Shown here one piece after another: positions 37,767-51,516 of a stretch of 64,000 nucleotides of DNA. A model generated the notes under the pieces. That model worked only from the letters and a program-made list of their open reading frames with translations. It had not been told where the DNA came from and made no database searches. Each line of letters starts with the position of its first letter. Within the stretch, counting starts at the first letter, position 1. The stretch comes from Picochlorum sp. SENEW3 (taxonomy: Eukaryota): positions 124,001-188,000 of the forward strand of contig CP120456.1 in NCBI GenBank assembly GCA_034226945.1. The letters are read 5' to 3'. The position numbers and the translations under genes were made by a program.

Positions 37767-40700
37767 TCATCTGTGCTGTTGCTGATGGATTGTGGAATTG
37801 GTTGCTTTCATCCACCTAGGTCCACTTGAAGATGCCTCAGCAGCAGAGGATTGCTGGCTGCCCATCTGTTGGGAGACCACGCCGAGTTCAGGAGGCTTCC
37901 TTGGATCATATGAAAAGGCTTTGGTGGAAGATTGGTCCTGTTTTTGAGAAAAAGGTGGCGGATGCTGTTCCTGCTGCTGGTTCCCAAGGCCTGCCCTGAG
38001 GGGCCCAGGTCCCATGTATGCTTCCTTGATCATTTCTGTTGACTCATCCAGGTGGCTCGCCTCAGAATCAGAACTGTCATCTTCTGGAGGTAATGGTCTT
38101 GTGAGTTCTAGTACCGGGACAGCGAGTTTTCTCTCAACGGGCTGTTGACTGTCTCTGGGCGATGGTTGCGCAGATCCTTGTGGGCTGCCATCATCCTGTG
38201 AGGATGCTGGTTGGCTCCGCAATAGTCCCCTCGCTTTGCTCAAAATCCCCTCTCCGAACAAAGCACGTTTCTTCTGCAATTCCAAATGTTCATCATTGTC
38301 CCCGTGTGTATCATCATCCCCTTTCTTGACTTTCTGTTGCTTTAGGCCAATCTTTGCCAACAACCCCCTGTTGTTGCCTATATCATCGGCTCGTGATTCT
38401 GGAATCTCTAATGATGATAAAGAAGGTGCCGCTCCGATCATCAATTCCTTTACTTTTCTCCCCTGTAGACCAAGCCCACTGAAGACAGCACTCAATATTG
38501 CCTTCTGCTTGACATTGGACAAGAGATCTCTCCATGTCCCATCCAAATTCTCACATGTGTAACTGTTGATGACGAGGACTCTATCTTTAATTCCTATTGG
38601 ATAGCCTTGATAGGTGATTCGCATATGAGCTCGATTCAATTTGACGTATTTGAATCTGGTGAGTAGTCGCCTGCCCATTGTCTTCTTCCGAGAGATGGGG
38701 GAATTTTTCTTCTTGGAAACAGAGGGAGGACTCAAAGTCGCAGATTCCGAGCGTGCTGATACATCACTATCTTGCTTGGCAAGAGGAGACAATGCTGGTT
38801 CTGATCCATCTGCTCTTGCCATTGGAGACATTTTGATGGACGATGCCTTCCTTGGAGAGTCAATGAGACCCATCTCTGTGTTCCTTCGCTGAACTTTCCT
38901 GTTGCTCACCGAATTTGAAAACGCATCTTGTCTGGATTTTTGATCCTCCTTGGGGAAAAAGTATTCCCAGCAAGCAGTGGCAATTTGCTCAGTGAGATGC
39001 AGACTTAGGGGATGTACAGTGGCATCCAAGTGCTCATAGACGTTATATGACGATGTTGGTGGCCCCAAGGTAGAGATTAATCGGATGAATGGTTCTCTTT
39101 CGTAAGAAGATTCTGGGTTCCAGGTGGTGAGGATAACGCCAGCTGATGTTGCCGGTCCCTCTGGGAGCACACCTGTTGCATCCAGAATATCCAGTCTGTG
39201 AATTTTGAACCTGGCTGATCCTGAGCGGTCTCTATTTCGTCTTCGATCAAAGACTACTTTTTTGATAGACGCTTGTACAAAAGGTAGCCTATCTTGTCCG
39301 CAAAGCTGCCATACCACACGATTTAAAATGATCAACACCCTGGATGAGTTTTTGAATTGAACCTGCCTTTTCAAACTTTCTTTCACTTCATATAAACTTC
39401 GCCTAGCGGAATGGTATGCTTCGAGTGCAAGTAATGCCTGCTCTAAATTCCAATTCAAAAGAAGCGTTGTGTTTGCATGCAAATCGTCACGCAGTGCTGA
39501 GGCTTCGGTTGCAGTGGGGCTAGATGTACTGTATGTTTCTGTGATAAGCTTGCGTAAGACATCTGATGGCTTTGGCTGAGAACGGTCCAGATCTTTCAAA
39601 TACTTGTGCTGCATAGATACATCCAAGGCTCCTGACATGGGCAATGGCTCCTGCTTTCGCCAAACATCAGCATGGGCAGTAGGGTCTAAAACACTGATGA
39701 AATCACCAATCTCATTTCGAATGGCCTGCAGCTGTCGACTAGATGCTTCAAAGAGCATAATATGAGAAAAGATGGTATCTGTGTCATACTCAGCCGCTTT
39801 TGCCAAATTTTTCTGATGGTTGCATGTCCGAATAGTTGGGCCAGACGCGATTAGGAAACTCACAACATCGATGAGGACTTCAAATTCTCTTCCATCTAGA
39901 ATAGCTGCTATCTCCGGTATCTGCAGTGTTTTGAAAAATACATCGTTAAATTTTGAAAGAATGCACGTGTGAACTGTAGGTGAATGTACATACCTTGAGA
40001 ATGAGCTCTTCTCCCTGCCTATGCGTCTGCATCCCACTGATGGATGGAAGAGGTGAATGGGTCCTCCGACTTGTCATCAACTTTGCGCCTTGCGACTTGG
40101 AATGGCGCAAACTTATGTTGATTGGATTGAAAATTCGACGCCAAGTGGAATGATTGTCTTCCATTGCAGGTGCAATCAATTCCTGTGCATCATCAATGTC
40201 TAACCAAGAACTCACTGCATGAGGATCCACAGATGGCAAGGATATGTATGCTTGCACGTCTTCCATGTCAAGGGTGGTGATGTTGTAGGTGATAGAAGGG
40301 CTGTGCTCGGATATCATTCCCCTCAAAACGGCGGATTTTGAAGCAAGCAAAAGTCGCCCGAGATCTATACCAGCATCACGATCCCTTTGCAAAGCTAGTT
40401 GTAAATTATGTACCTCAACCTCGTACTGCATTTCACTGTGAGCGTCATCTAATACTGTCGTCATAGGTAAGTTTTCTGCCTCGACAGTGGCGCTATCTTG
40501 TTTATCCAAGTCGACTGTGCTCTGGGGTGAGGCTATTGGACTGGAGTCTCCTGCTGCATCCTTCTGTTGCAACAGAAGAGAGAGAAGTTCGTTGTTCTCC
40601 GTGTCAATAGAGCGCTCACTGTGGTTACTAATGATCCTGTTGATATTATGCTGCTCCATACTATCCCCTTCAGGAGACTTTGCGCTAAACCCACGGCACG

Positions 40701-43700
40701 AATGGACAGAATGGTGGTGTGGCTGTTGGTGTCTGGAGAAGGCTGCAATCAAGTGCTCGACGGTCGCCCATATAGCGTCGCGCATCTCCAAATCTGTCAT
40801 GAACTGACAATTGTTGATCTTGACCTTTAGCGGCTTCCTTGGTTGAGTCCCAAATGGATCATGCTCAGCAGAAATACTGGCCTCACTGGATCTGAAAATG
40901 CTGACATTCTGTGCATACCAATATGAATCACTCGACATCATATCAGAGTCAGACGACGGTGATCTCTTTTCATTGATTGATATAAGTGCTTTTAATAAAT
41001 CGCTTGATGAGGATGATGTACGGCCTGGTGGATACTGAGGAGTGGAATCATCAATATCGACCGAGGACAATGGCTTCACAGATACGTCTTTCAACAACAC
41101 TTCCAAATGACTCATTTTCGTCCTAGTTTTGGTCTCTGGTATCTTCTTGTTTGACACATGTGGAGGTAAGGACAGGAAATTAGGCACCTCCTCGTTGCAA
41201 GACCATTTCATGTTGAGAGTGCCACAATTAGTTCTTGCTGCCAGACCACCACCTGGATCATCTTTCTCCAAGGTAAAGTGCACCAACTGCAAATCCTTAG
41301 AATTAACTGAGAGTGATAAATTCCTGAGAAGTTTTGGAAGCCCTTTTTTCTTCGCTCCTCTTGGCTTCCTCACAAAATATGTTCCTCGACGAACTTGGTT
41401 CTTAATGTGCTGAGGAACAGCCCACTCTTTGATAAATTTCCTCCAAAAGGAAACTATCTCACCCCCAATAAATAGGCATGGATAATCCATCTCACTACTA
41501 TTTTGAATAAACGATACGCTGATCGAGACGTCCAGTGAAACAGATTTAAAGACATCAGCAACCTACAAGAATAACAAGAGATGAGTAACGAAAGAGTAGC
41601 GACAAAGCCCAGAACTCAACAGGCAACGTACAAAAACAGGACATTGCTCAGACTCCAATGTCGAGGAGAAAATATGATGGCTATTAGGGGATCGACCATC
41701 CGGAAGATTCCACTCAACACCGACCCCAACTCTGAGATGATGCACGTCTGCCATTGGAAAAGCACAGAGGAGTCCTCCATCTTGCTCTGCTGTCTTTCGA
41801 AAGAGTAGGCTCCTCAAGCGAGATGCTTCTACATCCAATTTTCCTGGTGCTATGTCAGCCTGCATATCTTCAATATCTACCTCTAGCCTTTCTTGGGACG
41901 TGCAAAAGGCAGCAGACATGCCTGGCACCAGGATAAGCTTGAAGTCATTTGACCGCACTGACGCGACGCCTCTCCAAAAATATCGGAGATCATCCCACCA
42001 AGGAACAGGAGGTGCTCTTTTGCTTGAATGATCTGGATCACTTGGAACCAATCTTTTGCTCGTTATGCCCATGAGTCCAAGCGAAGGCTCAAATCCTGGT
42101 GTGAAAAATACTGATGAACTCTCAGATTCGAGCAACACATCCGTGTACACTTTGAATGGGGCACATGTGCCTTTCAGAGGTGTCGATATTGAAGCCACAT
42201 GGTGCACACCGACAAGCACAGCTCTGTCACAGACCTGGGGCGCTCCAGTTGCTTGTTTGCAGAAAGCAACTGGACCACTGATTTTCAGGTCTGTAGATTT
42301 GTACAATGGTTTGTTACTACCTCCTATCTTCACAGCGGCCTCCTTAGCTTCAAGATCCAAATTGAGCATGTGCGAAGATCTAAATGAAATATGATGAGAG
42401 TCTTCATCTAGCCCTCGCACAAAGTTCAATGTCTCCTTTAATGCCTCATCTTCTGAGAGCATCCTGCTATTTGACTCTAATCCTACTGTTAGTCCTGCTA
42501 ATGCGACTTCAAAAATCTGTGGGCAAAGATCTTCTTGTGAATCATTCTTAGAAGATTTGACAAAAGAGTTAGAATGCATTGTCATGACAGCTTTCCAGGG
42601 CTTGTCCTTAGATGTCTTCCCAACTTTTGGAGCTGTATCATCCTCAGGCTCGTCTTTCAGCCTGATATGCTGACCTCCAGCAATGCTACTTTCATGTACT
42701 CCTGAATGAAGAGGTGATGACCCCACGTTGGTTGCCAAGGTTTCTGACATGAATGCAGCATGCGCTTCATCCCACATATGTTGTAACAAATTTGCATTTC
42801 TTCTTCTACTAGCACTGGAAGCATGCCACTGTTCGAAAGGATGATTCTCAAACATAAAACTACCATTCCTGATCTTAATGTGATATCTTTGAACATGTGG
42901 GGCCCCATTGTTTTCCCTGGAAGTAGCCGCACTTGCTTGGTCTTTGTCCTCTTTTTGTGTATCGTCGTGTATTGAGTAGATGATGGATCGGCAAGCTTTC
43001 AAGTATATTGCTGCCAATTTAAACGTAGGACCTGGATCTCTATTATATGGCACAATGAATTGGACCTGGTCAATCTCCGAGTTCCAAATTTCCACAGGTG
43101 CATCTCCAGAGTCATTGAAACCTCTAGAAAAATGTGCATCCTTCAGAACAATCGTATCGACTCCTGCAGTATGCAATGATATAATCTCATAATAAGACAT
43201 GAATGAATAGTGTGTAATATGTTCAAACTACCTTTCAGTGATACAGCAGCGTCCATGAGAGCAAGAGAGACTTGGTGTTTACCCAAGTCTGTGACAGAAC
43301 TCTCCAGTTCACAGCCTCCCAGCACAAAGGAAATTTCCCTATCTGATGTCAATGGCAGACAAAATCGAGCGGTCTTCGCCAAAATCATTGTTTGTTTTGC
43401 CTTTTTCTCGGAATTACCTTTGGGAATCCACGCTTTGTCTGCTCTATCTGACATGGAAAGACTTTTGACTGATTTGCTAAAGTGAACCATACTTATTAAT
43501 GCTTCAGCATCGCCATAAAACTTGAGCTGCCCAAGTGTTACTGTTCTTCTTGAGCAATCATCGCTATCAAGGATCTCAAATGCATCTAAAGCCAGTAGAG
43601 TTGATCGAATGGACCCCGTCATCGAGTCAAAGTCGAGGCTGAAGTTCTCAACCCCAGCACCTTCATAATGGATGAGATTCAGTACATTCCCATTTCCCTG

Positions 43701-45581
43701 GCAACTGCCCCCAATAGTTTTGGAAAGAACAAAGCTCTCAGCTCGAAGAGCGATTGCTGAATCTACCAAGGTGTCCCTTCTGACGCTGGAAAATTTCTTA
43801 GGCACCTCATATCGACTAACAATAGCAACATTAATCGATGTCAAATCAACACTAAGCCCTAGGAACAATCTCTTGTCCGACATGGTGTTCTTTTTCGACT
43901 TCAACCTAAAACTCTTCACACTAGATGAAACTGAACGCTTCACCTTGCAAAGATTTTGCATCAGCTTTTCAGATAGCACGCCTGCTAATGATGCAACACT
44001 CATTGTGATGCTCAAACCTTTGTCTTCTTGTAAGACACTCCCTCTGAAAACTTGTGTACTTAGAACTTGGTTCAAATCGTTCCTATTAGATCCTTCAGAA
44101 TCTGCCATCGCAATACCAGCAACGGAGTACGTGATCGCCAGATCTCCCTCCTTTCTATGCTCAGCGACACAAGAGGCAGAGTCAATGCTCTGATGCAATA
44201 TACAAGAACTTCCATCAAAGAATTGGAGAGAACTACCGTTGCCAAGAGACAGTGTCACTATTTTCAATACATTGGTAGATTTTGGCATGTCATATCTCTT
44301 CTCCTGAGAAGAACTATGTTGCACACTTAACACCCATTGCTCAAGCTGGCAATGATTGAACTTTGTGTGCAGCGCCTGTAGATCTAATCGTATGTTGATT
44401 TCTATCGTGCTTTCACAATCATCATGATTGCTGTGCTGTGTGACAAGAACAAGGCATGCACAATCTGATCTCGAACTTTGGCATTCGAGGACTGGTGTGG
44501 CTGCCTTTGCAGCAGTGCGAAGGAGAATATTGTCCCAAACCAACGTTGCCTCTATGCGCCCTCTATCATCACCCCTCCACGGAGTGGTATGACAGCCAAA
44601 CAGAATTTTTTTAACTTCCATTTCATTACTGCAACCAGCAATCGGCGATTTCATCATCATAGACCTAATGTCAACATCAATTGACAGTGCTGGCAGGCTC
44701 TTGCCCAAAACTCTCTCAAACACATTTTTACTCCCTCTCGGTGCTTCATCGGAATGCCTAACAGACTTCTTTGTGCGTTCGAAAGAATGCAGCAGTTTTT
44801 GGAGGTCATCCAGATATCTATTTTCTAAATTCATTCTGATAGTATCCACACTCACACTCAATTTCTTGCCCCGAGACTTCCTAGACATCTTCAAGAACAA
44901 ATACAAGGGCTCTGCGCATTCGAAACACATCCGGTCCACTTCAAAGAGTCCCCATTCGTTCTGTATTTGTTCATCGACAATAGTCTTTCGACCAGGGAAC
45001 ACAACCATATTCTCAAACACCAACACTTCCCCTGGTCTCTTGGCATCCAGTCCAATTCTTTGTGCCTTCAACACCGTCACATTGCTCGCCGTCAACACCT
45101 CGATATCATTCATATCGATAGATATGAGAGGTAGGATAGTTTTGATAAAAAAGTTCGCATTCGATGATCGGCCATGCCCCACCGAATCATGATTCAAAGC
45201 CTCCTTCTCATGCTCTTCCATGCGCACATCCTCCCTCAGCCGAATCCTCACCCCGACGAACCTCACATACAACCGAAACGACCCTAACAAGGAAAGAAAC
45301 TTTTGCATTGTATTCTGCCCCTCCTCCTCCTCCTCTTCCTCGCCCCCACCACTAGGCATCCACCCCAGCTGAATCCTTCTGAACTGAGCCTCGCCAACAG
45401 GACCCTTTAGACACGTCACAAAGACCTGCGTCGCGGACTTGATCGTCAGGGATTCAACCTTGAGTCTCAACCCTTGTCGTGTCGCCACCATGCTCACAAG
45501 GACCGCAAGAAGACGAGACCATGTGAACCACACCAGCACTCCCACCAGCACGACGACCAACGCAAGTACTTTCAGATACAT
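37767..45581 (-). CDS. Bridge-like lipid transfer protein BLTP2 family (SABRE/KIP/Hobbit/Fmp27), about 4 exons
   Basis: N-terminal TM anchor, PVPWWDDLRYFWRG, and the C-terminal Apt1-like HPLSLHLTEQ...WEYFFP and GTWRDLLSNVKQ. Four consecutive long minus-strand ORFs. Confidence 0.85.
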
Positions 45582-45986
45582 GTTCTCTCGTATCCAATCA
45601 GATGGCGTTAATTATATGATTTAATTAATTACATAGTACTACGCTGCCGTAATAAAGGTTTCTGTGCCCCACAGTGTGTATTCTGCGAGTATTCAACGAA
45701 CGACCAGTCTGATACCCGTCCTTGCGAACTGATGCTGTTTCACCCAAAGCCAACCTTCTCCGATTCCATTTGATATAATTATATATGATTTTTCCATGCG
45801 TGTGTTTGTACGATGGAACCTCATGGGACCGAATCAGCCTGGTCAATATTGACTTAATGTCTTTATTACAGACGGCAATGTAGCCAGGACTCGATCCTAG
45901 TGTTGATACACATTGCCATAGAATGTACTATCTGAAAATACTTATATTCATCTGTGGTCTAGTTTTCTCAGTCAGTAAAAAGGAAG

Positions 45987-46343
45987 ATGGGCAATTTTGC
46001 AGCCAAGAGTGAGGTGTTGGCCAAGCCTGAACAAGTCAGGGAGCAAGAGTCTTCTCTTGCAGCAAAAGATGAGCAACTCTTGAAGATATTAGAAGAAAAG
46101 GCAGCATTAATTGATCAGAAATTGGCTGAATACGAGAAGCGGGTGGTGAATGCACCAGATACCTCGAGTGAGTCAAGCAAGGTCTTGTCGGCACGATACA
46201 TTTCAGAGTTGAAAGAGCTCCGAAAGGTATTGGTAGATGCAGAAAGGGAACAGAATTCATTGATAGACAGAGTTACAGACCTTGAGACGGCGAAATCAAA
46301 ATTAGAATACCAGGTGAAGCATTTGAAAAGGGCACTGCAATGA
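45987..46343 (+). CDS. Small coiled-coil protein (118 aa), possible N-myristoylation (MG-)
   Basis: Heptad-rich, Lys/Glu/Leu-biased open frame that fills the gap between two genes. Confidence 0.7.
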   Translation: MGNFAAKSEVLAKPEQVREQESSLAAKDEQLLKILEEKAALIDQKLAEYEKRVVNAPDTSSESSKVLSARYISELKELRKVLVDAEREQNSLIDRVTDLETAKSKLEYQVKHLKRALQ

Positions 46344-46359
46344 CATCAATCAATCTTCA

Positions 46360-48357
46360 TTATTTCTTTTTCGCGGAAGCATACATGTCATCAATGACTT
46401 GTTTATACTTGTTCACAAGCTGTGGCCTCTTCGGCTTGAATGTTGGGGTGAGGAGGTCATTTTCCACACTGAATTCCTCTGTTTCAAAATGAAGGTTCTT
46501 AATCATCTCAAATCCTTTGAGTTTTGCATCTGTCGCAGTCTTTTTCAAATCCTGAAGCATCTCTGTTTTTACAGCTTGATCGTCGAGCTTTCGATCTGCT
46601 CTCCATGAAGCTTTTGGTACGACAACAGCAACCAGGAATGACTCTGTTGATGTGCCATAGACCCAAATCTGCTCCACATTTTCATTGCGACTGTAGACGC
46701 TTTCTATGTATTCTACCGCAACGTACTCTCCTTGAGATAATTTGAATACATTTTTAATTCGATCAATCACTTTGAGGCAGCCCTGTGATGTGACTGTGCC
46801 AATATCCCCAGTATGGAACCACCCATCTTCATCCACTGCTTCCTTGGTCTTCTCTTCGTCCTTGAAATAGCCACTGAAGAGCATTGGACTTCTCAGTAAT
46901 ATTTCTCCTTTAGGTGGATGTGCTGTCGCATCATAGTTCAACTCTGGCACGGATTCCAATCTGAATTCCATTGGTCGGAGAGGGGGTCCAACAGAATGTG
47001 CCATCTGTGGATCTGGAAGCATGATAAAAGATGCTGCGCATGATTCGGTCAATCCATATCCTTGAAGAACAGGAGCGAGGCATACTGTGGAGAAATCTTC
47101 TACATGCGCAGCCAAAGGAGCACCCCCAGACACAATGAATCGCACATGGCCTCCCAAGGCCTTTTTCAACTGCTGGAACACAGTAGCATCCACACCAAAC
47201 CCGCTGATTGCATGGGGCACACCATTGTGCAGCAAAAACTTTTTCCACGAAAAGCCTCCGCGGAACATGAATTGCTTGATAGCTGAAGCCTTGGCGACCT
47301 TGGCCTCCACCCCATCGCACACTCGTTCCAATATTCGGGGCACTGCCATGAACAGTGTTGGCTTGAAAGCTGCCACATCATCCATCAACTTTTTCACATT
47401 TCCTTGCCAGTATCCAATAGAAGCACCAATCGCAATGGCGAAATCTTCAATCAATCGGTCAAAGATGTGAGCCAAAGGCAGGTATGACAACATGCTATCC
47501 TTCTCAGATACATGAATGTTTGTCTGCTCGATCATATCGATAGCACCAGCAACCCCAGATACAATTGCACGATGACTAATAAGCACTCCTTTCGGCGTCC
47601 CTGTCGTCCCGGACGTGTACATGATGCATGCAATATCTTCTGGAGATGGTGGGGACTCTTTCTCCAATGGGTTCTCTCGGCCAAGATTGAGGAATTCATC
47701 CCATGTATACACAAACATGCCATGCTTTCTGACAGCATCCATATCCTCCTTCTTTATATCCGACCCGATGCAGACAATCCCACGAACAGTATCCTTGATT
47801 GCTGGACAGATTGTAGCAAATTGACCCAATTTGTCCTTATGAATGACAGCAACCTCCAACTCCGAGTGCTTTGTGATGTACTCAATCGCCGTCTCTCCGA
47901 GAGAATCATACATCGGGACGATAGTGGCATTCATCTGATCGCACGCCCGAATAGCCAGCATCCATTCGACGCAGTTCACAGACCATACCCCAACCTTTGC
48001 CCCAGCCTTGACTCCTTCGTGGGCCAAAGCACCGGCAATAGTCTTTGCCAAATCATACGTCTCTTTGTATGTATAGAATGTATACTCCTTTGCCTGGCCC
48101 TCGGCATCCAGCGGTCTCCACCCAAGACATTTCCTTTCCCCAAACGTCTTGGCAGCATCTGCAAAAAGCTCGTACATGGTTTTGAGCCCTCTCACTGTCG
48201 TAGGAAGGCCATCGGCACCACGTTTATTTCTGTACACTGGACTTTGACTGGGTTTACCATCACGAGCCTCCCGTGCTGGTTCTACTTCGACAGTAACTGG
48301 TCCAATGGTTTTAAGCACCTTCTTCTTGCCTTCGGTCGCCATATTTGTGTTTCTCAC
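46360..48357 (-). CDS. LACS: Long-chain acyl-CoA synthetase
   Basis: IMYTSGTTGTPKGV, YLPLAHIFD, QGYGLTE, GWFHTGDIG and IDRIKNVFKLSQGEYVA. Confidence 0.95.
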   Translation of the reverse strand: MRNTNMATEGKKKVLKTIGPVTVEVEPAREARDGKPSQSPVYRNKRGADGLPTTVRGLKTMYELFADAAKTFGERKCLGWRPLDAEGQAKEYTFYTYKETYDLAKTIAGALAHEGVKAGAKVGVWSVNCVEWMLAIRACDQMNATIVPMYDSLGETAIEYITKHSELEVAVIHKDKLGQFATICPAIKDTVRGIVCIGSDIKKEDMDAVRKHGMFVYTWDEFLNLGRENPLEKESPPSPEDIACIMYTSGTTGTPKGVLISHRAIVSGVAGAIDMIEQTNIHVSEKDSMLSYLPLAHIFDRLIEDFAIAIGASIGYWQGNVKKLMDDVAAFKPTLFMAVPRILERVCDGVEAKVAKASAIKQFMFRGGFSWKKFLLHNGVPHAISGFGVDATVFQQLKKALGGHVRFIVSGGAPLAAHVEDFSTVCLAPVLQGYGLTESCAASFIMLPDPQMAHSVGPPLRPMEFRLESVPELNYDATAHPPKGEILLRSPMLFSGYFKDEEKTKEAVDEDGWFHTGDIGTVTSQGCLKVIDRIKNVFKLSQGEYVAVEYIESVYSRNENVEQIWVYGTSTESFLVAVVVPKASWRADRKLDDQAVKTEMLQDLKKTATDAKLKGFEMIKNLHFETEEFSVENDLLTPTFKPKRPQLVNKYKQVIDDMYASAKKK

Positions 48358-49146
48358 GTCTGGATATCAAAAACTCAGTAGTAAGTAATTTGAATTTCAA
48401 TTAGATGCTTGGGTTTGTGTGGTAGAGCTTTGGATGCGAGTGAACAACACATGGGCCCATAATCTTGATACGAAATAGATGGGGCTTGGATTTATACAGG
48501 CTTGATATTTGTATTACACGCTTTCTCCCCTGTGCTCAATCTGCACGCCACACCGGTTGGCTACGAGTGTTGCAGGCATTGTGGCAAGCTTCTAGAGACC
48601 ATATCCTCTCTATTGTGGCCATCCATTCTGCGATGACCTTTCTACCCTATACCATATTCATTGCTGATGTTCCAGCGATCCTGAAAAGAGGGAGTTTATC
48701 AGAGTGTTCGCCCTGCTTCGGCTCAAGCAAACTCTGATGAGGATTGGTGATGTCTCTAGGTTTGCCATGATGTCTGTGCCTCGGGCGTGGATGCAGTGAC
48801 ACAGTTCCAGGTGGACCCACTGGGGCAGTAGAGTATGTGACACTCGTAGTAGACGGTCACATGAATGGGTCCTATACCATGCTCTCTACTCATTCCAGGG
48901 ATATCTGGGATGGGGAGGAAGCTGCGCTTTTTCGGATTTCATCTGGAAAACACCAGAAGAGCGTCTTCTCATCGGATCGAGATGAAATGTAATATTCGAC
49001 ATGTAATTTGCATGGATGAATAAAAGAATCAATAGTAAAACACACAAGCGCCTGTTGGAAAAATCACATCACGCTACGCCAATAGAATATTCAATAGAGT
49101 AGTTTATATATTTCTTGCGCTTTTATTAGTATGGGCAGAGGTCACC

Positions 49147-51084
49147 TCATGAAGATTCCCTTTTGACCTTGTGTACAGTTCGAAGCTTTGGGGCTGCATC
49201 TTCTTCATCTTCTGGCTCTTCAATAATATCATATGCTTTCCTGTGCACAGAGCCATTCAAGTTGCTGCCAAGGATCCGCACGGAGGGTTCTTCAAAATTT
49301 GGTCGGAACTGCGTGCCTGCTCTAACAGAAGCCTCCGAGTTGTAGATTCTGCCAGCACGCACTGACATGTCCCCAGGGATGACTGGAGGAGCAGGACCGC
49401 CACTTGCAGGTCCGAGGGAACCTGACCTGTTATAGTGTCCAAACTTGGATCCATAGTCTTTATCATCTTCCACGACCGAATCCTTGAAGTGTAATGACGA
49501 GTTTCGTTGCACACTGGCTGTCTCTACAGCGGTAACAACTGTCTCAGTCTTCTCCACCTGGACAACGTCTTCTGCAAATGAGACCTTTGACTTTCGCTGT
49601 GGCATGATTGATGGTGGTTTCTTGCCACTCGCTTCAAGCCATGTTTCAGTTGCGTGCAAAGCTGCGGCAGTCATGGCATCTCTGAGCTCTTCTGTGAGCC
49701 ATTCAGGCATGGAAAACCGAGGTGATGGGTTTGGAAACAAACCAAGTGCCTCAGCCATATCTAGTTCGTCCAGAATAGATGATATGGTATCATTCTGACC
49801 AGCATTCAAGTATGATATCGCGGAAGATGCTGACTTGACGGAATCATCCATTTTTGCCTCCTTTGCTAGGGTTCCACTTCCAGAGCTACCAAAACAGGCG
49901 CAGAAAAGATTCCCACTCGATTCATTTCTGCTCATGCCTTTATTTGATCCTCCTAATTTCATCGCTAGACCTGGTTTGGCTGCAATAGCAGCCATATCTT
50001 GGAAGGAAACGTCACTTGGGACCACATCCACTACAATCAAGGAGGTGTCATCCTTGACATTGCCATGCTGTTTGATAATGTTTGAAATAACCTTTGATGG
50101 AGCGGCATCAATGCTCCACTTCCGTGTCATCATGGCTGCTTTCTTTTTCTTTTGAAAAGCATCCCAGACCCCGTCAGAGCCGATCAAGAGACGCCCACCA
50201 CGACCACACACCATGACCTGGGTCACATATCCATATGGGATGATGGAGGGACCAACATCAAAATCACCAATGGCGCGTGAGATTGACAATCCACCAGGCC
50301 ACACTCGCAAAGGCCCCAAACCACTATTATACGCATCCGCTGGACCGCACCCGGACATTGACACTGGAGCCACGACGGCTCCAGACAATTCTACCCTCTT
50401 CCTGTCTGCCTTGTTCACTGCAACTCTGTGGTCACTGGTCAGCCGAATCAACTGAGAACCGGTATCCAAGTACGCATGCGAGTCCCCAAGATTCACAGAC
50501 GTCACCATCCAATCAGTCACAATAACAATAGTAGATGTGCAGCCTGCATGAATCCCACGAGCAGCAAACGTGCTGTTCAGTTCCACAAGGGTAATAACCA
50601 AGGCTCTCTGAATCAATTGCCTCCACTCATCGTAATCCGCATGATTCGGAGGGGGTGGATTTCCCCTCGGTAAATGCTTCTCCAACACAGTCAATACCTT
50701 GTCCGCAGAATGGCGAGCAGCATGCTTTCCATTATGACCATCAAAAACACAGAACAAAGAGTACTGTGACGTAACATGCCCACAGCAAGTACAACTATGA
50801 TGATGAAACACGCCATTCCCGTCTTCTATACTCTTTGTTCCGCAAAATGATTCGTCCCCTCTCCCTGGCCATGCACGTTTATGCTCCAAGAAGACGACAT
50901 CTTCTCCTTTCAGGTCCGTCTGCCCAACGCAATACGAAACCTCAGGGTGATAACATCCCTCACTCCCTTCCCCAGACTCGTCCGTTGTTCCATTTGAGAT
51001 TGTTGATTTTAAATAATGATTATCTGGACTCATATCCACCGCATGTTTTGATTCTTTGGTTTCCAAGAAGGTTGTACCGTTCAT
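49147..51084 (-). CDS. Protein phosphatase 2C with C-terminal extension
   Basis: VFDGHNG, NLGDS, GPLRVWPGGLSISRAIGD, GSDGVWD and DDTS. Confidence 0.92.
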   Translation of the reverse strand: MNGTTFLETKESKHAVDMSPDNHYLKSTISNGTTDESGEGSEGCYHPEVSYCVGQTDLKGEDVVFLEHKRAWPGRGDESFCGTKSIEDGNGVFHHHSCTCCGHVTSQYSLFCVFDGHNGKHAARHSADKVLTVLEKHLPRGNPPPPNHADYDEWRQLIQRALVITLVELNSTFAARGIHAGCTSTIVIVTDWMVTSVNLGDSHAYLDTGSQLIRLTSDHRVAVNKADRKRVELSGAVVAPVSMSGCGPADAYNSGLGPLRVWPGGLSISRAIGDFDVGPSIIPYGYVTQVMVCGRGGRLLIGSDGVWDAFQKKKKAAMMTRKWSIDAAPSKVISNIIKQHGNVKDDTSLIVVDVVPSDVSFQDMAAIAAKPGLAMKLGGSNKGMSRNESSGNLFCACFGSSGSGTLAKEAKMDDSVKSASSAISYLNAGQNDTISSILDELDMAEALGLFPNPSPRFSMPEWLTEELRDAMTAAALHATETWLEASGKKPPSIMPQRKSKVSFAEDVVQVEKTETVVTAVETASVQRNSSLHFKDSVVEDDKDYGSKFGHYNRSGSLGPASGGPAPPVIPGDMSVRAGRIYNSEASVRAGTQFRPNFEEPSVRILGSNLNGSVHRKAYDIIEEPEDEEDAAPKLRTVHKVKRESS

Positions 51085-51516
51085 AGGGACAATTGACTAG
51101 GGCTTTTGAGTCGGTGGATTCAATGCATGCAATACCATATGTGAACAATGCCTGTATACAATGTGTGTTATTTCCAGGTTTGTAATGGCTTTTGCTGCGC
51201 ATGGAACGTGCATTTGGATGTGACCGTGTTAAAGGAGGTGCATGCGTCTATGCTTCAGCGATGGTCTAAATGCATAGATTGCTCCCATCACAGGTGTCCA
51301 TTGATGGGGTGAGGTTGAGACACACGTCAGAGTCCACAAAAACCCTAACCAAAGACCTACAACGGAGGTCGGCGGGATGAAATGATTGGCTCGATATGCG
51401 CGACATGTATTACCAGAATACACTGTTGTTATGTTTCTGTATGATGGATGGTGCATTGGAGTGTAGGAGGAAGTTACAATACCAACTCAAGATTCAATGG
51501 TACAGTGACGATGTGA

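Noticed and set aside
48400..49140. 750-bp gap as a possible ncRNA or small gene
   Set aside because: No convincing ORF, tRNA fold or box motifs. It is adequately explained by the LACS promoter/5' UTR and the PP2C 3' UTR.
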